Shown here piece by piece: positions 38,701 through 52,620 of a DNA stretch of 64,000 nucleotides. Positions within the stretch are counted from its first letter, which is position 1; every line of letters begins with the position of its first letter. Source of the DNA: the human T2T-CHM13v2.0 reference genome, Homo sapiens; assembly GCF_009914755.1 (NCBI RefSeq), contig NC_060929.1; one strand, 5' to 3'. Below the pieces are notes generated by a model, which saw only the letters and a program-made list of their open reading frames with translations, was not told the origin of the DNA and ran no database searches. A program made the translations under genes and the position numbers.

Positions 38701-38934
38701 TTCATTTATAAAATTTCTGAATCTCTCTGGTTAGAGTAGGGCTCAATCCTTTGCATGCACTGTTGGCCCTGCTGTGTACCCACACTTCCTCTATCCAGCC
38801 CCCATTATAGGAAACACAGAAAAGTAGAAAGAAGAAAATAAATGTTAAGTATCACCTCACCTGCCAGGGACAGGCACTCCTCTTTGTATATTTTCTCTCA
38901 TTCTATTTTTTTTCTATAGCAAAAAAGGCTGTAG

Positions 38935-39248
<314 letters not shown>

Positions 39249-39737
39249 AGTCTTTTCATACAACCATTATTAGATACATCCCTGAGTTCAGATGTAGCTT
39301 ATCTTATATTTCTCATTTAGTGACTTACTTATTTAACATTCGTTGAATGCCTAGATGTCAGTCACTGACTCAATGGTAGGAATGAAAAGGTGAACATGGC
39401 ATAGTTTCTGCCCTCAAGGAAACTCCAACCTCATGGAGGAGAGACACTTAAACAGATAACGGCAAAATATGTCAGCAGAGTGATAAAGGAGTTAATAAAG
39501 CTAGAGGGAAGGGTTTCTAACACATTTTTAAAAAAACAAATATTTATTATTTACTATTTGCCAGGAACTCTTCTAATAGCCTTGCAGATATAAATTCGTT
39601 TAATCCTCCTGGCAATCCCAGGAGAGACATCTCACAGCATCTCAACGTTGGAGGTGAGAAAACAAAACAGAGAGGTTAAGTAACTTGCCCCTTGCTCAAG
39701 ATCTCACAGCTACTTAGTAAGGAAGGAGATTCAGCAG

Positions 39738-39765
39738 TGTGTGTGTGTTTGTGTGTGTGTGTTTA

Positions 39766-39796
<31 letters not shown>
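39738..39796. repeat. Interrupted (TG)n microsatellite
   Basis: Read directly from the sequence. Confidence 0.9.
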
Positions 39797-39798
<2 letters not shown>

Positions 39799-40667
39799 TC
39801 CCCAGAGTTGCCTTCCTAGAAGCCTCTCAAGGAAGGGAAGAGTAAGCGTGAAAAAGAATGAGTGACTAGTGAGAAACTATGAGTGGGATAATGGTTACCT
39901 GGTAAAGCCAAGATGGAACATGTGGCCCAGGTCTTTTGATCTTATCATGTTATACTGGGCTCCAGGCATTGAATCTTAATGTAAGGATGTGTTAGGCTCA
40001 TTTGAGGAAGTCAGATGACTAAACAAGATAATAAGGCTTTAAGGAGCCTGGCTGGCTTACAAATTGTGCATAGAAGGAAAACTGTTCAAGTATGTGACCT
40101 TTGAAATCACAGTGATCCCACTGGCTAGTAAATGCGAACCAAGTGGTATTCTAGAATATGAGAGATTTGTAACCCTTTCTCCCTGGGGCTTGTCAAAATT
40201 AAACAAGCATTTAGAAGAGAGAGAAAGACTTCTTTTCTCTACAATGATGACAGCTCAAAGTGCTGTCACATCCAGAGAGGGGGACATGAATTTTCATTGA
40301 CCCAAAGCCTGAGTAAGTGTTAAGAAAGAAATAAGGTACCTGTGATGATGGGTTAGGGGAAGTGGTGCTACTGGAGAGAGGGTGAGTTTTCAACACAGAC
40401 CTGTGAACAAGGCTGGCTGGAATCCACCCTTAAATCAGCTGTAAGGCAGCCTTTCAACCTTGTTGTCTTCATCTAAAGGGCTTGGAAACAACCCTCTGAG
40501 CCCTCCCTGTCAAGGGTGCTCTCTCACATGCCTGACATTCTTTTGCCCCTTCTATATGACACCATGAATGGGCCTGCTTTTCTTTCTGCCCCAGGAATCT
40601 TTTATAGCATTCCAGGATTGTTCTTTTCCCCATAGAGACAATGGTTTTACATCAATGATTCAATGAC

Positions 40668-41177
40668 TGTGGTAGACAGAATAATGACCCTCCAAAGACA
40701 CTCACTTCCTAATCCCAGGAACCTGTGAACATGTCCCCTTACATGGCAAAAGGGACTTGCCTAATAGATTTAGTGAAGGATCTTGGGATCAGGATGCCAT
40801 CTAGATTATTTGTGTAAGCTCAGTGTAACTACAAAGGTACTTAAGAGTTGGAGAGGCATAAGAGAGAGGCAAGGGGAGATTTGATGACAGAAGAGAAGGT
40901 GATGCAATTTGAGGAGGGCTCAACTTGCCGATGCTGGCTTTGAAGGTGAAGGAAGAGGACCACAAGCCCCAGAATGCAAGGGTTTCAGAACCTGGAAAAG
41001 ACAGATTCTTCCCTAGAGCATCCAGAAAGGATTGCAGCCCCGCTGACAACAAGGTTTTAGCCCAGTGAGACCCATGCCAGACTTCTGATCTCCAGAACAG
41101 TAACATAATAAATTTGCTTTGTTTTAAGCCATGAAATTTGTGGTCAGTTTTTACAGTAGCCATAGAAAATGAATACG
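40668..41177 (+). mobile_element. MLT1D-like solo LTR
   Basis: tgtggtagacagaataatg..ccttacatggcaaaagggac..ttttaagccatgaaatttgtgg..catagaaaatgaatac, with TSD atgac/atgaa. Confidence 0.88.
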
Positions 41178-41890
41178 ATGAAATTTGCTATTTTCTGTCT
41201 TTATGAGGGCAAGCAATTCAGAATTCCATAACTCAAATAACTCTGCTTATCCCATCTTGTATCTTCTTAGCCCCATCAAATTTCCTCATTTATCTTGACC
41301 TGTGTCAGCCCACATGCATTGTGACTCTGGCTTTCAAGTTGGCTTTTGAAAAGTGCTTGCTTTCTGTGCCTGGGGAGACATTCTTCCTATACCTGGAATG
41401 AAGCCCCCAAGACTATGTCATGATTTGATTTTGCATCAGTGGGTATCTTATATATTTTGAAAGGAGAAGTGGACTTGGGAAAGATTTGGCCTTTATGATT
41501 TTGTTAGAGGACTAACAAAATCTCACTCACTCTTCACTTCTTTTGGAAACTCTTATTTTTAAACATTTTACTGTTTACTGTAGATCTTACCTGAAACCCA
41601 GCATTGTATCTGCCCCAGTTTGGGGAGAGCGGCCAGAAGATTGAATGGACTGTTAAAATCTGCAGAATTTTAGAGTACAAAGAAATTGTAAGAAGCCATA
41701 GTTATTCAGTTAGGATGGCTCAGCAGGAATCTGGAAGGCTATCTTGGGTTCCTCATTTAAGCAATTTTGGTCTAAAGTTATTGTTACTCCAAAATTAATC
41801 AAGGTTACAGACTCAAGGTTTATTAAGCAAAGTTACCTGTTAATACAATCTACACTTACAATCTGCACTCTTACAATTTTTCCTCTAGTT

Positions 41891-42130
41891 CAGTGTTTCC
41901 CATAGAGTGGGATGCATACATGTCCCACCTGCTGGTATTTGATGTGGTTTGAAGTGGTTCATGGACAGAGCATTTGATAACATTGAATTACGGAGGGTGA
42001 GTGTTATTCCTCTTTGATTTCTCATTCAATCCCTCTTTGTGCAATCAAGGTTAAATTCTTTGGTATGCCATTAACACTTTCTAAGCTGAGCCAATCTGCC
42101 TTTTACAATAGGGAGAGCAGGCCATAGTCA
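41891..42130 (+). mobile_element. hAT-Charlie DNA transposon (MER113-like), left part; right part at ~45300-45432
   Basis: TIR cagtgtttccca after a ctctagtt target. Its interior shares motifs with a second copy at ~54770-55158. Confidence 0.6.
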
Positions 42131-42134
42131 GAAT

Positions 42135-44657
42135 ATTTTTAACAGCTTCATTGAGGTATAATTGACATAAAGCAAGCTGCATGTGTTGAAAGTGTACAAT
42201 TTGAAAAGTTTGACCTATGCAGATACCCATAAAACCACTTCCATAATCAAGATAATAACTACTTCTGTCACTCCAAAAGTATTCCTGTGACCCATTGTGA
42301 TCTCCTCTTCCCACCCTTCTGCTCAATCCCATCCCCAGGCAACTACTGACCTTCTTTCTGTCGCTACAGTATGGTGAACTCTTTTCTGGGAGGGTCTGGC
42401 TACTTTCACCTAACATTTATTTTGAGATTCATCCAAATTTTTGTGTGTATACAGGCAGTTTTCCATTATATAAATAGATCACAATTTGCTTTTCCATTCA
42501 CCTGTTGATGGACATTTGTGTTGTTTCTAGCATTCGCCAATTGCAAATAAAGCTACTGTGAATGCTCGTGATCATGTTTTGTAAGGACGTATGCTTTCAT
42601 TGTTCTTGGGCCCATACCCAGGAGTGGAATGGCTGAATCACATGGTAGTGTATGTTTAACTTTAAAGAAATTGCCAAACCATTTTTCAAAGTGGTTGTAC
42701 CATTTTACATTCATATCAGAAGAGTATGAGGATGCCAGTTCTTTCATATCCTCCTCAGCACCTACAGTCAGTCTTCTTAATTTTAGCCATTCTAATAGGT
42801 TTATAGTCACTTATTGTGGTTTTAAATTGCATTTCCCAAATGACTAATGATACTAAGCATCTTTTAGTGCTCAATTTGCCATCTGTTTATCTTCTTTAAA
42901 ATCTTTTGCTAGTTTTTAAAATTAGGTTATTTGTCTTATTGAATTTTGAGAGTTCTTTACCTATATTTGATGTAAGTACTTTACTAGATATACAATTTTC
43001 AAATGTCTTCTCCAAGTCTGTGGTTTGTCTTTCCATGCTCTTAACAATGTTTTTTGAGAGCAACATTTTAATATTTTGACAAAGCACAATTTTTCAATTG
43101 TGTTATTTTTATGTATTGTGATTTTGTGTCTTATCTAAGAAATCATTGCCTAACTCAAGGCCACAGAGATTTTCCTCTATGTTTTTCTTCTAGAAGTTGT
43201 ATAATGTAAGGCTTTAAATTTAGGTCTATGATCTACTTTCAGTTGAATTTTGTTTATGGTGTGATGTACAGATTGAAGTTAACTCTCTTTCTCTTTTTTG
43301 CGTACATCAAATTGACCCAGCACACTTATTGAGAAGATTACACTTTTTCCACTGAATCATCTTTACACCTTTGTCAAAAACACATTGTCCATATATATGT
43401 GGGTCTACTTTTGGACTCTATTATATTCTAATGATGTATGTGTCTATCTTTATGCTGATACCACACTGTCTTTGTTATTATAACATTATAATAAATGTTG
43501 ACATCAGGTAGTATTAGTCTCCAACTTTGTTCTTTGTAAAAGTTATTTTGGCTGTACTAGAGCTCATTTTCACTTCTCTATAAATTTTAGAATCAACCTG
43601 TCAGTTTCAATAAAAGGACATGCTAAGATTTTGTTTGAATTGCATTGATTTCATAAATCATTTAATGGATAATCGACTTCTTAATATTTAGTCTTCTGAC
43701 CCATGAGTACCCTATCTCTCTGAACTTGTTTATGTCATCTTCAATTCCTCTCTACAATGTTTTGTAGTTTTTAGTGTATATACCTTTCACGTTTAGCCAT
43801 ATTTACTCCTAAGTACCTAACATTTTTGAAGCTATTGTAAATGCTTTTGTTTTTAAATTTCAATTCCGATTATTTGTTACTAATATTTATAAATACAAAT
43901 GATTGTAGATGTTGATCTTGTATCCTGTAACCCTTTAAACTCAATTATTGGTTCTAGAAGGTTTTTTGTAGATTCTATTACATTTCCTACATAGATGATC
44001 ATGTTGTCTGCAAATAAAGGCAGCTTTATTTCTTCCTTTTCATCCTGGATGGCTTTTGTTTTCTTTCTCACTTATTTTACAGGCTATCACCACCAGTACT
44101 GTGTTGAATAGAAGTAGTAAGAGCAGACATCCTTTACTTTGTACCTGATCTAAGTGGAAAGCATTAGGCCTTGACCACTGTTTGATGTTATCTTTACCGT
44201 TTAGACATCTTTAATCACATTGAGGAAGTTCCCTCAAATCCTTAGTTTGCTGAGATTATTATTTTGTTAAGAAGGAATGTGGGTCTTAGCAAATGCTTTA
44301 TTGGCATCTATTGAGATGTTCATATGGTTTTTCATTTTTAGTTTGTTAATATGGTGAATTAGATTGATTTTCAAATGTTAAACAAAATTTTAAATCTTGG
44401 GATATATCCCACTTGGTAATGACGTATTATTGTTTTTACATCTTGTTGGATTTGATTTGCTAAAATTTTATTTAAACATTTTGCCCCTATGTTCTTGAGG
44501 ATTTGTGGTCTATAGTTTTCTTTTCTTGTAATGTCTTTGGTTTTGGTATCACTGTAATTTTGCTCTCAGATAATGAGTTGTTAAGTATCCTCTCCTATTC
44601 AATTTCTGAAAGAGTGTTTGCAGAATTGGTATTATTTCCTCCTTAAATATTTGTTAG
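42135..44657 (-). mobile_element. L1M (L1MC/MD-like) ~2.5 kb: 3'UTR plus degraded ORF2
   Basis: ORF 43880..44071(-) contains KEEIKLPLFADNMIIY, the L1 RT motif (KLSLFADDMIVY). ORFs 42553..42810 and 42896..43087 resemble the ORF2 C-terminus. The 3' end reads ttgaggtataattgacat..aagtgtacaatttg. Confidence 0.9.
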
Positions 44658-45010
<353 letters not shown>

Positions 45011-45104
<94 letters not shown>

Positions 45105-45141
45105 TATATATACATCTATATACACACATATGTATATACAC
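45011..45141. repeat. Compound (CT)n(TA)n(CA)n microsatellite in place of the Alu tail
   Basis: Read directly from the sequence. Confidence 0.95.
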
Positions 45142-47179
45142 ATTTATTTTTGATTCTACCTGACATCTTTAAAAATGGGATATATTTGTCAAAACATTTA
45201 ATGTCCTTGTCTGCTAATTCTAATACCTATACTACTAACCTTCTATTTATGATTGATACTGATTTTCCATTTTAATATGTAATATTTTCTTTTTAAAATA
45301 AGTCAATTGCAGTCTAAAAAATTGAGTCAATTTTAAGAAAAAATATTTAGTAAATAATAGTAAAGATGGTAAAGAGCTATGACAAATAATATGACAGTGA
45401 TAAGCAAATGATGGAAATTTGAGGAAATGATGCCTAAGCTTATTTGTAAGGTGTATGTAATGCTGGGTATTAGAATCTATTCATCAGGACCTGGCTAAGG
45501 AGTCTTGGCCCCGGAAATTTATCAAGCTCAAATCCATTAGTACTCGTGGGTGGTGTTGAGGATCACAAGATTTCTTGAGTTACGAGATACTCAGATTTCA
45601 AGGAGCCTCCTAGGATAAAAGAAAAGATTTTGCAGTGGCTACCTGATATAGCCTGTCTCTTAAAATATGATGTTTACTCCATTGACCTCTCACAGTGTAT
45701 GGGAGGTAATGTGTTTTGTTGAGGGCAGGGGAGGTTGGTGTGGGACTTGGGAGATGTATAATGCTGAACTAAGAAGAGGTTTGTTTGGTTTTCCTCTGTA
45801 GTCTCGGTAAAAAATGAAAGGTGGGAGACATCACCTAATCTGTCTCTTCTATGGCTGTTTGCCCATAAAAGGTGAATGAAATCTCTCAAGTTATGGCCAG
45901 CCTGCCTAGTATTTCCTATAGCATATGTTGGCACTAGTAACATTCTTCATTTTCCTCAAGGAGTGGGACTAGAATATACTCTATGAGGATGATAAATACT
46001 TCCATGTAAAGTTTAGTTGACTGTAAATTATATAACACAAGCTAACAATATCTATTTCCTTTTCTCTGCCCCACCAAAAAAATATGATAATACAAATTAA
46101 ACCGTAGACTGCTAAACTGTCTTGCTCATCAGTGCATCCCTGGCAGCTAACTAAGTGCCTGGAGCAGAGCAGGTATTCCTTAAATATATGGTAGAAGGGA
46201 AGCAAGGAAAGGAGAAAGAAAGGAAGAGGGAAGAAAGAAAAGAAGAATGGGGAAGGAATATAGTCCAAGTGGCAATGGAGCCTCCCAAGTAGAACGTGAA
46301 CTCCATAAGAACAAGGACTTATGTGTTCCCCATCGCTGAGCTCACTGACTGGCATACTGTGAGCACTTTATTCATATTTGTCAGACACATGCATGAATGA
46401 GGGCAGACATACTCCTTGCTTTCTCTGTTTAATGAGAACAATAAAGGTATTCATATATGGTTATATTTACTGTGGTGATAAGTGTTTTCAAGGCAAAAAT
46501 ATAGCATCAGAAAAAAGAGAATATGGTGCAACTAACCTAGCCCTTGGTTGTAAGGCAGGATTTTTCCAAGAAATGACTACTGACTGGGCTGAGACCTGAA
46601 GGATGATAGAAGTTGGCCAGGAAAAGAGTTGGGGGAATCAGAGTGAATATTTACCTCTATCCCAGGGTTCTTTGGATTTTGACCAATTTATTCAATTGTA
46701 GAAATTCCATAAAACTCAATATTGCCAAATCCAATGTAACTTATTTTTAAATCATCTCTTTTTGGGAGAGCCATCACCACTGTATCATCTAGCCAAATAA
46801 TACATATTTATAGCTGTGTTATTTCTGTGCTTATCAGTCATGTTACTCAAAAGGAAGGGTCACATCTCTATCAAATTTGATAGGGGAAAAAACACTTCTA
46901 TAGGCATTTTTCCCATTAGAGAAAATGAGAGAGTCAGGTTTTCTTCCAACTTTCAGCACTTCCTGGTGTCCTAAAGTCCTTCCACACCAGAAGTGTTTGA
47001 CCCACAAAACACTGGTCATCTCCAAGGAGAAGATCCAAGGAGTCATGGAGGACCCAACAGTGCCTCCATAGTATTAGAGGGAAGTAGACGAAGTGGACAA
47101 AGGCACAGATGCCTGAATGAACTCAGCAGGGTGGAAGGATGTCACAGGATGAATGTCATCGTTGTCACCCAAAATTTTT

Positions 47180-47630
47180 ACTGACAACTCATGCAAGGCC
47201 TGGCATGATTTGGTTGCCGTCTACCTTTCCAAATTCACCACCTCCATTTTCTCTCACTCCTACTCCATACCATCCTTATATCTTGGCTAACCACCTTACA
47301 GCTATTTTAGCCTCCTTTCTATGCTTCAAACAGGCTGAGTACCTCTTGCTTTGGAGCTTTTGTGTTTTGGCATGCTCTTCCCCTGATTATCACATAACCA
47401 GGTTCTTTTTAACCTTCAGTGCAGGATCAACTATTGCCTCTTCAGAAAGACCCTCCCTGAATATTCAAGGAAATAATTTATTTTACTAATTTACTTCTCT
47501 GTCTGTCTCTAGAATGTAAGCCCCATGAGGGCAGGAGCTATCACCTATGCTATTCTTAATTGTAACCTCAGAGCTAGCACAATACTTTACATATAGTAGG
47601 TGCTCTATAAATAGTTTTAAATGAGTGAAC
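47180..47630 (+). mobile_element. L2 3' fragment
   Basis: ctagaatgtaagccccatgagggcagg..atagtaggtgctctataaatagttttaaatgagtgaa. Confidence 0.7.
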
Positions 47631-47728
47631 TAAAATCAGACACCACATTGGGTTGTAGTCAATTTATAAGCTAAATAATTCTGATTAAAAAAAAGTGGTG
47701 GAGCTATTTGGTTTGCTATGACATATAA

Positions 47729-48064
<336 letters not shown>

Positions 48065-48839
48065 CCAACGTTGATTGATTTTTAACTTTTTAGTTTGATG
48101 ACAGGTCTCACCAAATAACACCAAGACTGTATGCCTTTATTTAAATGACGTATATCAGCTTTTGTTGCCACTATTGCTGTCACAGACATGGCAAATAAAC
48201 CAGCTGTGACCCCTAAGAGACTGTCTTCTCTAATTGATGAAAACAAAAATTGCTGTTTTGGCTTGATCTGAAGGCTGGGTATATAGAGAAAACATAAATT
48301 TATTTCTAGCCTTGATATAAACTCATCTGTTTGCCATTTGCCTGGTACAATTGAAAGTACCATTCTCACAGCCAGCCTGCCTGTAATGATTTCTAATACT
48401 TGCTGCTCCCAATGTTGTCAGAACTGTGTCCGCAACATAATATGCAAACACTAACTTTTGCAGATGTCAATAATTATGCAGGTTTATCAGTCTAGAAGGT
48501 CAGCATATATTATAGAGCAGACAGTTTAGGCTGATTAGAAACCTCAAACACTGATAACAACTTGAACATCTCTTATTGTTTAAAACAAACGAAAAGCCCA
48601 GGAGCTCTTTCCTGTGATTTATTCCTTGAGGATGCTGTGAGAAAGATGATTGCATCAGATTGTCCAGAATCACAGGCTGATGGCATCAAGCTCTTGCTAT
48701 TTGCACTTGTATTCTTCATCAGGAGGCACAAAGAAACACAAAGCCTGTGTGGCAAGGCAGGGAAGGCAGAGAAAAGAAAGAGGCTGCCTCTGAGGTCCAA
48801 GAACTATTAGTAAGGCCAAGGTGGGGAGGGCTGTGGAAG

Positions 48840-49340
48840 CAGAGAATCTGGGTTTGAATCCAGGGCCTATCACTCATTGGCTGTAGGATCCAAGATAGAT
48901 TATCTAATCCCTCCCAGGCTTAATTTTCTGTCTGTAAAATAAGAAAAATAACATTTTCCTTCTAGGTTGTTGTGAGGATTAAATAGCATAATAAATACAT
49001 AGCCCTTTTAAATTAAAAATTGCTATTGAAATACCAGGTATTAATTATATTCATAGATGCTCTGCCATCCCCATTTTTAATAGATTTTGGAAAAATAGTA
49101 GGAATGTCTGGGCATCAAAAGCCCTGTGTTCTTTTGAAGCATCCTGAATGTTGGGAAGACAATAAATATGTAGTGGGAAAAATTCAGGCACGAACAACCT
49201 GGGTTTGAATTCTGCCTCCACGCTTCCTACGTGACACTGGGCATGTTCCCAGACTTCTCTGTACCTTTTTCCTCATCAATAAAATAGGAATCCTAACAGT
49301 AGTTCCTTTAAGGGCCATTGCAAAACTAAATGAGATAAAA
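48840..49340 (+). mobile_element. Two MIR elements
   Basis: ctgggtttgaatcc..ggttgttgtgaggattaaat and cctgggtttgaattctg..cctcatcaataaaatagg..aaatgagataa. Confidence 0.7.
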
Positions 49341-50659
49341 GAGTTATTCTTTATAATTAGCAGGATTATCTATGGAATGAAATTGCTGACTAAAAGGCTA
49401 CTTAGCAATTTCATTCCATAGATAACAGGTGATGGATTCCAATTCCGTAGATCACGAACAGTACATGGAAACCTTCATTTTCAGAAGTTCTAAGTAACTC
49501 TGAGATATAGCCTTGGTTGAGACCTGTTGTTGCCATAAAGCAAAATGTAACCATGATTTCTTGTTGTTTATGGAACAGGTCCATAAAGATCCTACACACT
49601 GCTAAGAGATTTTGCTTCTTGACCTTCTCAAGTCTCAGTTTTTGTGTCATTACATGGACATAATAAGGTCAAACCTCACAGAGTTCCTATAAAGAACAGT
49701 GTTTATGAGTATAAACTCTGGAGTAAGACGATATGACATGGAAGGAACTCTTATCATACCAGGCGAAGGGCAGAAATCAGTAAGGTTTGTTTCCTTTTCT
49801 TCCCCTGACATGCGTTCATATGTCTGGTCTAGTAGGTGAGGGAGCCTAGCCCCCTGCCCACCTTCCATATCCCCATCTCCGCATGGTTTCATTGTTCCTT
49901 CCTTACCACATGTGCCATGACTCTTAGGAAACAACAAAAAACTATTTGATTTATTTTTAGAAAACTGCTTCTGAAAAAAGCCAATGTTAGTGCCAGTGAA
50001 GAAAAGGAAGAGAAAGTGAAAGGGGTATGAAAAAGCTTTCTTAGCCAGAGAAAACTAGTTTAGGTCAGAGTCACTAAGGATCTGAAATCATCTGAATGTT
50101 ATGGAGGAAACTGTGTGTTCACAAGTACAGATATTCCCATAGGATTTGGGATAATTTCTAGTAAAATCTAAGGGCTATCTATATTATGGAAATCTATGTT
50201 GGGCCCCTCACTCCCCATGGCCATATCAAGCTTACAACTAATTGCGCCTGCCAGCCACAATCACCCAATCTGTGTTACCACCAGACAGAAACTCACTTAT
50301 TGCCTTCGTGAAGAAGTGGGTTATTCTTTGTCGTCTGCCATCTGTGTGGTCTTTGCAGTCTCCCGTATGCTGAACACAAGAATGAAAGCCTGGCTCACTG
50401 CCCTTTTTCAGCAGGGATAACACAACCATGTGCTTACTGAGTGTGTAATTGAACAATCGGCTCAGACCCCCTTTTCTTTGGAACCTCAGGCAGAGATTAA
50501 ATTTTCACTCTGCAGTCAACCTCATGTCTCTTCCCTTGAGGACTGGGTGGCAGATTTTCCTCCCCTGCTGTGAATTGTGCTGGGTCCATTATTAAATTTT
50601 TTGCTGGTGAATGAGGAAATCCAGGAGACATGAGGTGATTTCAAAAGCACATATTCCTT

Positions 50660-50691
<32 letters not shown>

Positions 50692-51565
50692 TAAGGCCTT
50701 TGGGGAAAGAACACAACTAGATTATTTTAGGACTTTATTTTATGAAAAGAAAATTAGTGGTCTCTGGAAAATTATATATATTTGAAAAAAATTCAAGTTA
50801 TAGTAATTCAAGTAATTAGGAAGTTAGTTTTGACAACACTGAAAATACCAGCTGAGCCCCTAAGGACCCAGGGTTCATCACAGGGGGTGAGAGGAAGAGG
50901 AATAGCAATTTAGGCGCAAGATACGTGGAGCAACTTGTCCCTGTAAGGTATGGCTGCTGTGTGTCCTATCTCGCAGGAGCAGAAGCAGATTTTCTGCAAG
51001 GTTGTTGTGATTCACTTGCAACTCCCCCTGCCCCTTACAACACGGCAGTACAAACCGTGTTGCTTTGTTGAGGATTTTAAGATTGAGCTCAGGGTGGCAG
51101 TTTCTTATGACTATGCTCAAGGCACTGAGTGCATCACTTTACATCCAAAATTCACTTAAGCCTCCTAATATCTTCACAGGAGGGCACTATTGTTACCCAA
51201 TTCTACAGCAGGAAAAATGGAACTTAGGAATGTGAAGAAACATGCTCTCTGTGGATAGCTTGGGAGCAGTGGAGCTGGAATTCAAATCAGGTCTGATAGA
51301 TGTTAGAGTCTGTGCTCTTTAGTGTTATGCTGTGAGGCCTCGGCTAAGGACCATTCTCCTTCTGCTTACCAGGAAGCTTCAGCCTGAGCACTCCCTCCCA
51401 CTGGAAGTAAATAAAATTTAGAGTTAAAATTTCAGATAACTCTCCTCCTTCTCTTCTGTACCACCCTACAATTGTCTTTATTTCCACAAGATCCATGTTT
51501 ATTTAGATCCCTAATATTCTTTTTGGGGCTTTACCTTACCTAGTTTATCACTTCACCAGATATAC

Positions 51566-51655
51566 TCATCCATCTGTCCGTCTGTCCATCTGTCCGTCCA
51601 TCCACCCATCCATCCACCCGCCCACCCATCTATCCATTCATCTGTCCACCCATCT
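51566..51655. repeat. Degenerate (TCCA)n tetranucleotide repeat
   Basis: catccatctgtccgtctgtccatc..ccacccatccatcc. Confidence 0.85.
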
Positions 51656-51699
51656 ACTTTTTTATTTCTTCAACATCCCTTGATGAATATATATTGACT

Positions 51700-51820
51700 A
51701 GCCAGGCATGGTAGCTCACACCCGTAATCCGAGCAACTTGGGAGGCTAAAGCAGGAAGTTTGCTTGAGGCCAGGAGTTTGAGACCAGTCTGGGCAACACA
51801 GTGAGACTCCAACTCTAAAT
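51700..51820 (+). mobile_element. Alu monomer (FLAM/AluJ left arm)
   Basis: gccaggcatggtagctcacacc..ttgcttgaggccaggagtttgagaccag..gagactcc. Confidence 0.85.
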
Positions 51821-51849
51821 ATATATATACCTACCACCCAGTAGACTAC

Positions 51850-52620
51850 AGGCACTGAGTTAAGTGCTCAGAATATGATAAATGGTGAACAAAATAGTCA
51901 TGATTTGTGACCTCGCTGAGTTTATAGCCTAGCAGAGGAGACAGAAATCAACCAAATAGTCACCCATAACTACAAATTGTGACAAGTACCTTAAAGAAGT
52001 GGAAGAAGTTGCGAGTGCACCTAATAGGTTGTCCAGGCTTGGCCTGGGGGAGTTGGAGAGGCCTCCCAGGGAAAGTGCTATTTAAGCCGAAAGCTGAAAG
52101 TTGAGTAACCTCCTGAAACAGCTATCACTTACTGAGTGTAGACTAGGTATCAGGGTTTACTCTAGGCACTTTTCATGTAGTAACTCTTTGAGTCCTCAAT
52201 ACAGCCCTGCCTGTTATTTTCCAGAACCATTCTCTTAACTACACTCCACTGCTTCCCATATAGGTGGAGAAGAGGGGAGAAAGACTCCATACCAGATGCA
52301 CAGGAGTTTGGGGCTGGAGCACAGAAAACAGAGGGGAGCAGTGTGTGATGAAACCAGCCAGGTCAGAGAGGACGATGCTGGGGCCATTTACCTTACTTTG
52401 AAGAGTTTTGAGAAATCACTGTCTTTTTTCTTAAGCTAGGGAAGTGACAAGATTAGTTCTGTGTTTTCAAAGATTACTTTGGCTGCCGTGTGAACACTGG
52501 AGTATAGGAGAGTAGGGTTGGTGTCGGGAGAACAGCTAGGAGACTATTGCTATTCTCCAAGAAAGTATTTGAACAAGGGTGGTAGCTCTGCAGATAGGCA
52601 ACAAATAGATGGATTCAGAG
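51850..52620 (-). mobile_element. L2 fragments with an embedded MIR piece
   Basis: aggcactgag..gagtttatagcctagcagaggagacag..tttcaaagattactttggctgc..ggagactattgc. Confidence 0.6.
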
